Origin: Phyllobates terribilis
Taxonomy: Eukaryota
Length of the DNA stretch: 64,000 nt
Direction: 5' to 3'
Assembly (NCBI RefSeq): GCF_046119375.1
Contig: NW_027362769.1
Span: forward strand, 374,790,001-374,854,000
The notes beneath the pieces are model-generated. The model was not told where the DNA came from and searched no databases. It saw only the letters and a program-made list of their open reading frames with translations. The position numbers and the translations under genes were made by a program. Shown here one piece after another: positions 1 to 12,200 of this stretch; position 1 is the stretch's first letter; each line of letters starts with the position of its first letter.

Positions 1-279
1 CTGCCATGGAGGGCATGACTGGACGCCGGATGATGGTACTGCAAATCGAATTGCTCATCTCTGTCCGGCACCTATAAAGTCCAATTCAAACAAACTTTGT
101 ATCCCACAATTACAGAACAAAGATCCCGGCTGCAGCAGAATAAATTTGCTTTAAACTGCTTAGAAAATCCATTAAAAAATATATATATATTTGTGATTTT
201 AGAGCTCAAAGCTTCGTTGCACATGAACATGAAAAACCAGTTTAGCTGGCTGGTGGGAAGAATCTTTTCAATGCAGAAT

Positions 280-1489
280 TGTGGCGCCCCTGAGGGTTCG
301 ACCGCCACAGGGATGCTGCACTTCTTTAATGGGGTGCAGTGTTCCTCCTCTGAGGTAAGAACAGTGTGATGATCGGGACCCTTCCTTTACATCCAACACC
401 ACATTTCTCCACCAGAGGGGGCTAGAAGGCACTAGGTGCTGCCCTCCTGGTTAGAGGGAGACTGGGGGAACCAAGAGTTAGGGGAATCAGTTAGTGGGTG
501 AGGGTGGAGGACTCACAATTTAGTGACAATTCAAATTTCATATTTAATAAAAAGCCATCTTGGCTCTTGGTCCTTGTTAGTCAAGTCTATTGGCTGTCAT
601 CTACTGTGATCTCCCACCCTGAAAGTGGATCCTGTGTGGACCTGCAGCGGATGGAGACACAGCCCTCGTACCCCGGCCTTGGGACGAGGGGCAGGTTGCA
701 GACGAGGAATGTCTCAACCCGGTCAAGGATCACGACCAAGAAGGCCCGGAGTTTAAGAGTGTAGCTCCACAGCAAATGGATCCCAGGGAGGATGCAGACG
801 GAGCGGTATACGCCACCTGTCTTCGCCAACCTGATATATTCAGAGGGAGTCCGGCTGCAAGAGGGGTACCGGCCCCCGCCAGCCGACCTTGCTACTCCAT
901 GTCCTGGTCAGGAAAGTCCGGTAGGCCCTGAGGATCCCACCGGGTATCGGAAGGAGCGGAGCTGCCACCCGTACCCTTTTTCTGAGAGGAGTTCAGAGGG
1001 AGACCCGGCCTATCTACACACACAGACAGGAAAGGATTCGACTTGTAGTTCAGGAACACTCTGGTGCGGGGTCCTGATCGAATACTGGACTTACTCAGAG
1101 GTTGTCGGACCCCCGTTCCTGGTGACCGCAGAACTCCGCGGGGAGCAGGGAGTCGACTTCCTTCTGCCATCTCTTATGTGAGTAAAGCCTTGGAAGTTCC
1201 CCCCTATGGCCTCCGGATTCTTTATTCTGCGTAGTAACAACCACGGCTGCCATAACACCATGCCTCGGCAGACTGCAGCAGCGATGGTGGCCTTCACCAG
1301 GTACCACAGGTGGCGTAGTCGTAATCAGCCACTCGACCCGGATAAGCCCACACCATTCTTTTAATGTGACGGCCCTGGGCACGGAGCGGGTCCGGGCCAC
1401 GGCTGCACCCCATCTCTCCATCACAGGACCCGACTCCGAGTCCCCCATCTCCAAGGGTAAAAAGGGGGCTTCTGAGCACAGGCGTCACA
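280..1489. mobile_element. Solo LTR (Gypsy-like), about 1.2 kb
   Basis: Starts TGTGGCGCC and ends GGCGTCACA (TG...CA, 8/9 inverted match); exact 4-bp target-site duplication GAAT at 276-279 and 1490-1493; no credible coding content. Confidence 0.75.
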
Positions 1490-1889
1490 GAATTCTTGCA
1501 TGAGACTTGTATGCAGCCATCATCAGCATCAGCAATGCCCCATGGTAGAGCTGGAATGAGGTATAGGATCAATTGTGTCCATCGCTAAGGGATGATGTAT
1601 GTGGAAGATATTCTGACTGAATGAGAGACCTATTGACAAAATACCAAGTCAATTTTGACTTGTTTGAAGATCGATGACTGATCACTGCCTTTGCGGGACA
1701 ATGAGCAATAATGAGCATACTTCAGTAATTAGGTCAATTATTTAATAAGATCACCTGAAGACTGTGGGGCCATTGGGCTACCTAAACAGTTTGCACAAGT
1801 ATAGAATGGTGCCTTAGTCCTTCTGTTCTATTGAGGCAAACCCCCATATGGTGTACAGTAGAAATAACCGTGCCATACAGTATAGTACC

Positions 1890-2245
1890 CAAGAAGAATC
1901 GACGCCTTCGAAATGTGGTGCTGGGGAATGATGTTATTAATACCATGGAAGAACAAATAAATCAATTTTGGAACAAATCAAGCCAGACATGTCACTTGAA
2001 GCAATGATCACCAAGCTACAACTTGCCTACTTTGAGCACATCATACGAAGAGAGCAATCACTGGAGAAAGACATCATGATTGGAAGAATAGAAGGAACAA
2101 GGCAAAGAGGAAGACCAGCAACCCGATGGCTTGATACTATCAAGATGATGGTGAAGAAGACCCTGGTGGACCTATCTAGGCTTGACAAGATCGATCTTCC
2201 TACAGATCTTTAATCCATCAAGTCACCATCGCTCAAGATCAAGCT
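1890..2245 (+). mobile_element. RTE-clade LINE 3' fragment
   Basis: Encodes ..IDAFEMWCW.. and SLEAMITKLQLAYFEHIIRREQSLEKDIMIGRIEGTRQRGRPATRWLD, the typical C-terminus of RTE/BovB-like ORFs. Confidence 0.75.
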
Positions 2246-2925
2246 GCATGCCGTTAAAAAAATGTTGACAAAATCAGTGGTACGCAGAGAAATCTGGTGA
2301 CCTCATTGTGAAGGTTCAAAATGGACCACCCCAATGGGCCCTGGTTGTGGTTAAAAAAAAGCCATCAGATCCTCTGATCTCTAGGGCTCTCTTCCCAGCT
2401 CATGTCTAACTGCTTAGATGCTCTGCTCACCATAGAATCTAAGGGGTTAAGTTGATCAGATCTGGCTCCAATCGCAGCAGTTATCGACTGGTGTCAACTG
2501 TGTAAAACAGCTGTCACCTGCTGGGTATGGTGCATGAGATCACTCCATCCAAATCCTCCAGACGATACACTGAGTATCAGGAGAATTGGGCGGATGCCAG
2601 GTCTGACTCTTCTTATGGGTCACATAGCAGTTGTGGTATGTCACCGGACAAGATTAAACAGTTGTCTAAATATCAATACCACACATGGCTGCCACCACCG
2701 TCCACCGAAAAAATAATATACAACACAATGCCAAAGCAAATATCGCCACACAATGTGCAAATGACAGCAACATACAAATTCCAAATGACAGCTCCGTCTG
2801 TAAATTAATAGTAACAGTGTAATGTAGTGCCTAAATAATGCTGCATACAATTATTATTAATTGTGTAGAGCTCAAAAATCATGTGCCAGACCACTGACTG
2901 ATGCAGGTTTCACACCTCCTGCATA

Positions 2926-4328
2926 CAGTGGTGCTTGAAAGTTTGTGAACCCTTCAAAACGTTCCTTTTTTCTGCATAAATTTGACCTTAAACTACATTA
3001 TATTTTCAGGTACTAAAAGTTGAAAAAGAACCAAATAAAATAATGAGTCAAATATATTAGACTTTATCATTTTATAGATGATTTTGATCCAACATAAAAT
3101 GTATGTGAGTGGTAAAAGTTTGTGAACGTTTGCTTTTAGTATTTGATGTGACCCCTTGTGTAGCAATAACTGCATCTAACAATTTCCAGTAATTGTTGAT
3201 TAGTCCTGCACATCTGCTTGGAGGAATTTTAGCCCATTCCTCCGTGCAAAATGGCGTAACTTCTGTTACGTTGTTGGGTTTTCTCCCATCAACTGTTCAT
3301 TTCAGGTCCTTCCACAACATTTCTATTGGATCAGGGTCAGGACTTTGACTTGTTAATGCCAAAACTTTAGCTTTATTCTTCTTTGCCGATTATTGTGCAG
3401 AACAACTTGTGCCCTTTGGGTGGGTGTCTTGCTCCATGACCCACATTGCTGAGATTCAGCTTATGAACAGATGTCCTGACATTTTCCTTTAGAATTATTT
3501 GCTGGTAAAAGAACCAGGTACATAAGAACTAACCCAGAGCATGAAACTACCACCACCGTGTGTCACAGATGGTATGAGGTTTATATGCTGTAATATAGTG
3601 CTTTTCTTACTCCAAACATAAAACTTCGCATTTAAACTAAAAGGCTCTATTTTGGTCTCATCCATCCAAAATATATTGTTTCAAATGCATTCTGGCTTGT
3701 CCAGGTAATCGTTGGCAAACTGCAGATGGCTAGTATTGTTCTTTTTGGGGAGCAGTGGCTTTCTCCTTGCAATCTTGCCATGCACACCATTTCAGTGTAC
3801 TCCTGATGGAGTTAGTGTAAGAGTGGCCTTTAGTTGCTTAGAAGTTACCTTGGGTTCCTTTGTGAGCTCGCAAACTATTATACATCTTGCTCTTGGAGTG
3901 ACCTTTGTTGGTTGACCACTCTTGGTAAGGGTAATAATGGTCTTGGATGTCCTCAATTTGTACATAATCTGTGGACTATGGATCAGTGGAATCCAAACTC
4001 TTTAGAGAGATTTCTGTAACCTGTTCCAGTCTGATGAACATCGCAACTCTTTCTGAGGTCCTCGGAAATCTCCTTTGTTTGTGCCACCATACACTTCCAC
4101 AAACATGTGTTGTGAAGATCAGACTTTGACAGATCCCTTTTCTTTAAATAAAATAGGTCAACTACTCACACCTGATTGTCGTCCCAGTTTAATATTTTTG
4201 ACTCATCTGTTTGATTTGGTTCTTTATCTATTTTTATGACTTGTGGTATAATCTGATGTAAGTTCAGGTCAAATTTATGCAGGAATATGAAAAATTCTGA
4301 AAGTTTCACAAACTTTCAAGCACAATAG
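2926..4328 (-). mobile_element. Decayed Tc1/mariner transposon
   Basis: TA|CAGTGGTGCTTGAAAGTTTGTGAAC at 2924 and degenerate inverted copy TTCACAAACTTTCAAGCAC at ~4305-4323; minus-strand remnant SQSPDPDPIEMLWKDLK (~3300-3350). Confidence 0.8.
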
Positions 4329-4484
4329 GTGTCACTGCATCTCATTCCAAACTAATGGGGACAGGGTGAAGCTATTGCACAATGCACAGTAATGTAATCA
4401 TACTATAAGACAATATCACAAGGTAATATATCATATAATATGTATCTCTTCTATACATCATCACACACTATATAGAGATAAGTA

Positions 4485-4735
4485 TTGGGACACGTATTAA
4501 TCACTGAATGCAGGTTTCTCATTCAGTCCCATTGCCCCCGGTGTATAACATCCAGCCTGTCGACCACGGCAGAGTGTGCAGCGCTCACTGATACCAGTGC
4601 GGTCCTGTAATAGGAGCCACCGATGTAATAAGTCCGGTCATGACTTTCTTCCCTCCTAATCTTCGCCATTCACCTGTGAGTGATATTATTGAGAAGTGGA
4701 AGGAACCGCAACAACTCAGCCACGAAGTGGGACAA
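4485..4735 (+). mobile_element. Tc1 5' fragment
   Basis: AAGTATTGGGACAC TIR-like motif and transposase N-terminal remnant DIIEKW..TATQPRSG. Confidence 0.55.
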
Positions 4736-5197
4736 TGTACTTGCTGCTCTCTTGCCTCCCTCCTTACTACCTCCCGTGTCAGACTGACACTCTTATTTCA
4801 GTGACCAGCCCCCCCCCCCCCACACGACTGAAAACTCTTGCAAGCGCCATCACTGCTGCTGCGGTGCATGGGCCGACCGACTCACTGGGTCAATGGATGT
4901 CATCCGAATCTCGTACTTCACATGCATCACCCCAGCACTGATTGCAAGAGATCTCTGTCAGGGGAGGCAGGTTACTGAAACAAGGCTGACCTGTCAGTCT
5001 GACACAGGAGGCAGCCGGTGAGCAGGCAGTAAGGAGGGAGGCAGGGGAGCTGCAAGTGCATTGCCCCACCCCAAAGCACTTGCAGCAGATTTGCATAAGA
5101 TTTCAACACTTGATTGCTGAGAAACGCCAAAACGGATTTCTACAATCAAGGTATTGTTAGTTTGAGGCATAAAATCCTGAAGACAGCTTTCCTTTAA

Positions 5198-5619
5198 AAA
5201 GAATCTGCCACCAGGTATTTAGAAAAAGAGATCCAGAAATGTGTCGCTTACTGAGCTGCTTGCTGTTGCTTTGATAAAATCAGTGTTTTATGAGGAGGAG
5301 ATTATCACTTGAGGACTAGTAATCATGCTGCCAGGTAGTCCTCCATATTCATGAGCTCTACATAACCCCACCCCCACCACTGATTGGCAGCTTTCTGCCT
5401 ATGCACAGGGTACAGAGAAAGCAGCCAATCAGTGGTATGGGTGGGGTTTTATAGAGCTCAGCATTCAGAGAACTGGTAGATCTGCAGTACATAAAACTCT
5501 GCTTTTATCAAAACTACAGCAAGCAGCCCAACAAGTGATACATCGCTGGAATCAGGGTCTCTGCCCCTACATCATGCTGCTATTAGATGGAGTAACAAAA
5601 CCCTGGTGATGGATTCCTT
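5198..5619. mobile_element. Kolobok/T2-type MITE
   Basis: Flanked by TTAA; ends AAGAATCTGCCACCAGG / CCTGGTGATGGATTCCT. A related fragment lies at ~24360-24720. Confidence 0.6.
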
Positions 5620-6249
5620 TTAAGGCAGAATGTGCTTAGATGAGGGATCTGGGAGAGAGATGTCGGAGTCTGATTCCCACAGTGTGACAGCCATGATTCC
5701 CGCAGTGTGACGGCCATGTTTTGAATGGCTAATTGTCTTCCGATGGGTTCGAATGACAGTGTAATGTGAATGGGGGCCCGGACAGATAAATGTCGGGGGA
5801 GGAAAGGATCTGTCATGTCCAATTCCAACTGCTGATCCTTTATTCTGTTGAAATCATATTTCTCTGTATGTCTTTTCCATCTCCCCAGAAATATTTAACT
5901 TGGGGTCAATGACGATTCAGTAACACCTATCTCTCATTTTAGGGAAAAGTGAAAGTGCTCTTTAAGAGAAGATATGGGACTGAGCATCTCCCATTGCTCT
6001 ACTTATTTGCATTTCTTCATCCATTATGATACAGGTGTCGTCTTTTACTATGTGTTTGATAAGGGTGAGATATTTGCACTGGCACCGGTGAAAAAAGATC
6101 AAAAGACAAAAGGGACGGTGCGATTTGGCTCCATGCAATTTCGGTTTCACGGGAGACCAGCCTTCCACCCCTTCCTTTGTAGTCTATGAATTCCAGGGTT
6201 GCAGAGGTAAAAAGCTCAGTGTCTCTGCAGGTGTCAGCAGGTGAGAAAT

Positions 6250-9200
6250 ATGAGCCGGTATCCAGTAGAAGCCAAGGCTGTAGGACTGGTGCAGCATGAG
6301 AAGCAGAAGGTAAGCTTCTATCGCTGATATTCCTGTCCACTCCCATAATATTTCCCCATGACTTTAGGAGGAAAACGAAACACAATGCATGCACTGGACA
6401 ATCCCTTTTATGCAAGCAGGGTCCTCTTATAATTAGGGAATGCCATTAATTGGACCCAGTGATAAACTAACCTGTGGGGAAACCTGGCAGCAGGTGTTTC
6501 ATTTTTCTGCAGTGCCCCCACAGTGTAAATGTAGTATTACACAGTTCTGTACAACGCACATATGCGCTGGATCCTCCAGAACATAGATGAAACTTATGGG
6601 TAAAGCCTCATTCAGACGCCGGTGATTTTTATTGTATGTAAATATATGGACCGTTGTTCATCAGTGTTATAAATCCGATGTCAGGTTTTACCATCAATTT
6701 TTCATCAGTGATTTTCCGGTATAAAAAAAATAATTATTAAGCTTCTCCTATACATTAGACGTTAATCACTGATGCCATCCTTGCGCTGTGTTTTTCACGG
6801 ACACATAGACATGTATGGGTATTTTTGATCTATGATTTGGATCAAAAAATAGACATATCTCTGATTTTTTTTGTGGAACACATGGTCTCCCAAAAAGAAA
6901 CAGAGAGCCCTATAGACTATAATGGGTACATATCTTACCGTGAAAAAAAAAAATTGAGATCTGAATGGAGCTTAAAGTTTTACGCTGTCATTTATGCTAT
7001 TCTTTGTGTTCTTGCAGCTCTTCATGTTCTCCATCCTCTGGTCGGACTCTAATAATATTCTCATATACAGGACGTATGACGTCTTCAAGGAGCTTTCAGT
7101 AAGTTTTTTTCATTTTAATTTAGAGCTATACAAGAGACTCAAACATGAGAGTGAAATTGTAGACAGGAAAATATAAAAACAGCCATAAAACCTACAATAA
7201 TGACAACCTCGGTATTCCTATAATAAGTACAGAGCCCTCATAATAACAGCCACAGAATTCCAATAATAACAGCTACAGTAGCCCATAATAATAGTGTCCA
7301 AAATAACTTTTATGGTAGCTCCATAATAATAAGTACAGAGGGCTGTAGAAACTGCCATAATTCTCCATAATAACAGCCACAGAGTGCAAATAATATCAGC
7401 CTCATTGCCGAATAATACCAGCCCTATAATAATAAGTACAGCATGCCATAATACCAGCCACAGTGCCCCATCCCCAAAATAATAAATGCAGAGTCCCATA
7501 ACAACCACAGTGCCCCATAATAATAAATACAGAGTCCCATAATAACAGCCACAGTGCCCCATAATAATAAATACAGAGTCCCATAATAACAACCACAGTG
7601 CCCCATAATAATAAATACAGAGTCCCATAATAACAGCCACAGTGCCCCATAATAATAAATACAGAGTCCCATAATAACAACCACAGTGCCCCATAATAAT
7701 AAATACAGAGTCCCATAATAACAGCCACAGTGCCCCATAATAATAAATACAGAGTCCCATAATAACAGCCACAGTGCCCCATAATAATAAGTACAGAATG
7801 CTATAATAACAGCCACAGTATCCCATAATAATAAGTACAGAGTCCCATAATAACAACCACAGTGCCCCATAATAAGTACAATGCCCCATAATAACAGCCA
7901 CAGTGCCCCATAATAAGTACAATGCCCCATAATAACAGCCACAGTGCCCCATAATAATAAGTACAGTGCCCCATAATAACATCCACAGTGCCCCATAATA
8001 ATAAGTACAGAGTCCCATAATAACAACCAAAGTGCCCCATAAGTACAATGCCCCATAATAACAGCCACAGTGCCCCATAATAAGTACAATGCCCCATAAT
8101 AACAGCCACAGTGCCCCATAATAATAAGTAGAGTCCCATAATAACAACCACAGTGCCCCATAAGTACAATGCCCCATAATAACAGCCACAGTGCCCCATA
8201 TTAAGTACAATGCCCCATAATAACAGCCACAGTGCCCCATAATAATAAGTACAGTGCCCCATAATAACAGCCACAGTACCCCATAATAAGTACAGAGTCC
8301 CATAATAACAGCCACAGTACCCCATAATAATAAGTACAGTGCCCCATAATAACATCCACAGTGTCCCATAATAATAAGTACAGAGTCCCATAATAGCAAC
8401 CACAGTGCCGCATGAGTACAATGCCCCATAATAACAGCCACAGTGCCCCATGATAAGTACAATGCCCCATAATAACAGCCACAGTGCCCCATAATAATAA
8501 GTACAGAGTCCCATAATAACAACCACAGTGCCCCATAAGTACAATGCCCAATAATAACAGCCACAGTGCCCCATAATAATAAGTACAGTGCCCCATAATA
8601 ACATCCACAGTGCCCCATAATATTAAGTACAGAGTCCCATAATAACAACCACAGTGCCCCATATTAAGTACAATGCCCCATAATAACAGCCACAGTGCCC
8701 CATAATAATAAGTACAGTGCCCCATAATAACATCCACAGTGCCCCATAATAATAAGTACAGAGTCCCATAATAACAACCACAGTGCTGCATAAGTACAAT
8801 GCCCCATAATAACAGCCACAGTGCCCCATAATAAGTTCAATGCCCCATAATAACAGCCACAGTGCCCCATAATAATAAGTACAGAGTCCCATAATAACAA
8901 CCACAGTGCCCCATAAGTACAATGCCCCATAATAACAGCCACAGTACCCTATATTAAGTACAATGCCCCATAATAACAGCCACAGTACCCCATAATAAGT
9001 ACAGAGTCCCATAATAACAGCCACAGTACCCCATAATAATAAGTACAATGTCCCATAATAACAGCCACAGTACCCCATAATAATAAGTACAGTGCCCCAT
9101 AATAACAGCCACGGTACCCCATAATAAGCAGAGTCCCATAATAACAGCCACAGTACCCCATAATAATAAGTACAATGCCCCATAATAACAGCCACAGTGC

Positions 9201-12200
9201 CCCATAATAATAAGTACAGAGTCCCATAAGAACAACCACAGTGCCCCATAATAATTACAGTGCCCCATAATAACATCCACAGTGCCCCATAATAATAAGT
9301 ACAATGGCCCATAATAACAGCCACAGTGCCCCATAATAAGTACAATGCCCCATAATAACAGCCACAGTGCCCCATAATAATAAGTACAATGCCCCATAAT
9401 AACAGCCACAGTACCCCATAATAAGTACAGAGTCCCATAATAACAACCACAGTGCCCCATAATAAGTACAATGCCCCATAATAACAGCCACAGTGCCCCA
9501 TAATAACAACCACAGTGCCCCATGATAACAGCTATGGAGCTCCTCTAATGACCGCTTAAGTGTCCCTATAATATCAACCCTCAAATAACGGCCATAGATC
9601 CCCACATAGTCCCAATAACAACAGCACCAGTACTCTAAAAATTACATCCAGAGACCACATAATAGCAACCACAGTACCCTAAAAATAACAGCCTCAGTGC
9701 CCTATGATAACAGTCCCTGTCCTAAAGCCACGGTACCCTAAGGGTATGTGCACACGTTGCATTTTTTATGCGTTTTTGTTACAGGAAAAAAAAACATCGT
9801 TTTCCAGTACCAGCAAAGTGAACGAGATTTCAGAATTTCTTACTGATGCTGCTTATTTTTTCCTTGCAAATTTGAATTAAATCTGCCGCATTTCAATTCT
9901 TTCAGAGTTTTTGCAGCATTTTTCATCTATTCAAATGAATGGGTGAAAAAACGTATCAAAGATGAGCGTATTTTATGCAGCGCTTTTCCTGTCAACACTT
10001 CCATATTTGCAGCAGTAATATCTAATGCACATACTGAACATGTGAACATACCCTAATAATACTAAGCAGGGTCCCCATAATAAGAGCTGATGACAGCCAC
10101 ATTGCCTTCACATGAGAACAGCGCCCTAGTAAAAAAACCACAACGCTACACTGCCCTCAATAACAGCCACAGTGATCTTATCTCAGAAGAGGACTATTGT
10201 AGCCCCCAGTAATTACTGAGTAAGTAAGTATAACCCTCATCATCTGCTTTGATCATCTAGAAATCACTTACGAGGAAGTTTCCACTGGAGGCCGGCGTGG
10301 TGAACAAATTAGAGAGAATTCTTCCCATTCTCAGGGGTAAGTGAGGCATTTACTCCACGCAGAAGACATCAGAGATGCAAGTGATCTGTGAAATTACATA
10401 GGACTGCAATAACGCTAACCTCACACGTAGCCATTTATTTTGTTTTTGGTCATTTTTGTTTGTTTTTCATTTGTGCCTTATTCTGCATTTAATTAGCTTT
10501 TTTTTAAGTTTATTTTATATGTACTATTCTGTTTTTTGTTCCTTTTTTATGTTCGTCATTGTGAAGAAAGTTTGGAGTTTTCAGATTTTTGCGGCCGTTT
10601 CATCATTGCAACGTTTTAAAAAGTCACTAAATTTTTATGAAAATGTCATCCAGCTTTCCTCGTTTATCTACATCTTAAATTTTTGGTGAAACATATGACA
10701 TTTTGGGTTATTAAAATCCCCAAACCGGTTAAAGACAAAAATAAAGCGCTTTCTTTCTTTATTTTTGTGCAAAATTCTTGAATCATGGACCATTTGGAAG
10801 AATTTGGTGCAAAAAAAAAAGCCCTTAACGAATAACACAAGAGAAAGTAAACAGAAAAGTGACTCTTCTTTTTTCCATTAGGTCTATGACATCACGTAAT
10901 TAAAAACTGACTAGCTAAATCTTTCTAAGTTCTATGTAAAAACAGAAGGTCATTTTTTCCTGTATGAGTCATAAGTCACTGCAAAAGTCCCAGGTCAGGG
11001 AGAGGAGGGAGCAGCTGGGTCAGGAGTTGAACAGATGATGATTGCAGAGACGAGAGACCTCCTGTTTCTACATAGAGCAGAGAAAAGAGAAGAATTAGCT
11101 GGGTAGAAAGGCAAAATGAGCAATTGTAAGTACACAGTGCTATATAATATGATGATTGCAATGTATTAAGAGGATAAAATCTTTGATGGGAGTGCTTCTT
11201 TAAAGAACTACAAGTCCTAGCATAATGGATAAATGGACAAATTGCATGGCCGGCGTCTGTCTCTAACAGCAGAAAGCGGAGCTGAGCTCTGTGCGCTGCT
11301 GTTAACCATTTATGTGATGCTGTCAATCTCTGACAGCAGCATTTAACTGGCGGAGTTGCCAGTACAATCGCATTGTCCCCCCTACATGGGACTCAATTGC
11401 AGAATATTAATGAGTTGAAGGCTACCGGGAACTAGATGTTCGCAAGTTCAAGGGTAGTAAAAAAAAAAACGAAAAAAAACCCCATAGTTTTAAAAATATA
11501 TATTAAAAAAAGTAAAAAATTTGAATCATTCCTCATTTTCCCTCATTAAAAAATGAATATATTTGAAATCACTGAGTCCGTAAACGTCCTGTACATCAAT
11601 ATATAAAATTAATGAATCCGTACGGAAAACTTCAAAAAGAGAAAAAAATGATCAAAACGCCAGAATTGCCCTAAACATCCTATGTACGACAAAATGGAAT
11701 CAAGGAAAACGTCAGTTCGCAATGCAAAAAACAAGCCCTCACACAGCTCAATAGACAGAAAAATAAAAACATTCCGGGGGTCTCAGAAAATGGCGACATG
11801 AACCAAAATTTATTTATCTGTATTTTTTTTTTTTTTAAACTTCAAATTTTTTTTTATTAAATAAAAAAAACAAACTATGCAAGTTTGGTATCACCGTAAT
11901 CGTACAGACCTGGAGAATCAGAGGAAAAATAAAAAATCCTTGTCGGGAAGGGGTTAAAGAACTCCTTTGCCTCTGAATAGATACCAAATGAATGAGTAAA
12001 GAACTTCATTTTCCTTTCAGGTTGAACAAGTTAGTGGAACAATGGGAGTCCTTCTTGTGATTTTACACGAAACTTGTATGACAATGAACGTTTTCTTCTA
12101 ACTATTATGAAAATCTTAGACTTTCATTTTACAAGGATCAGGAAATGTCACTGTTAAATATTTTATAGTATTTGTTTTATATGCAGAATTTACTTATAAG

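Noticed and set aside
1310-1321. TGGCGTAGTCG resembling a tRNA-Ser primer-binding site
   Set aside because: Only about 11 nt, internal to the TSD-bounded element and not followed by gag-pol sequence; probably chance.
7218-9605. Long Gly/Tyr/Cys-rich ORFs resembling keratin-associated proteins
   Set aside because: They are open in all three minus frames because of satellite composition, lie inside a NOXO1 intron, and have no unique sequence or credible start context.
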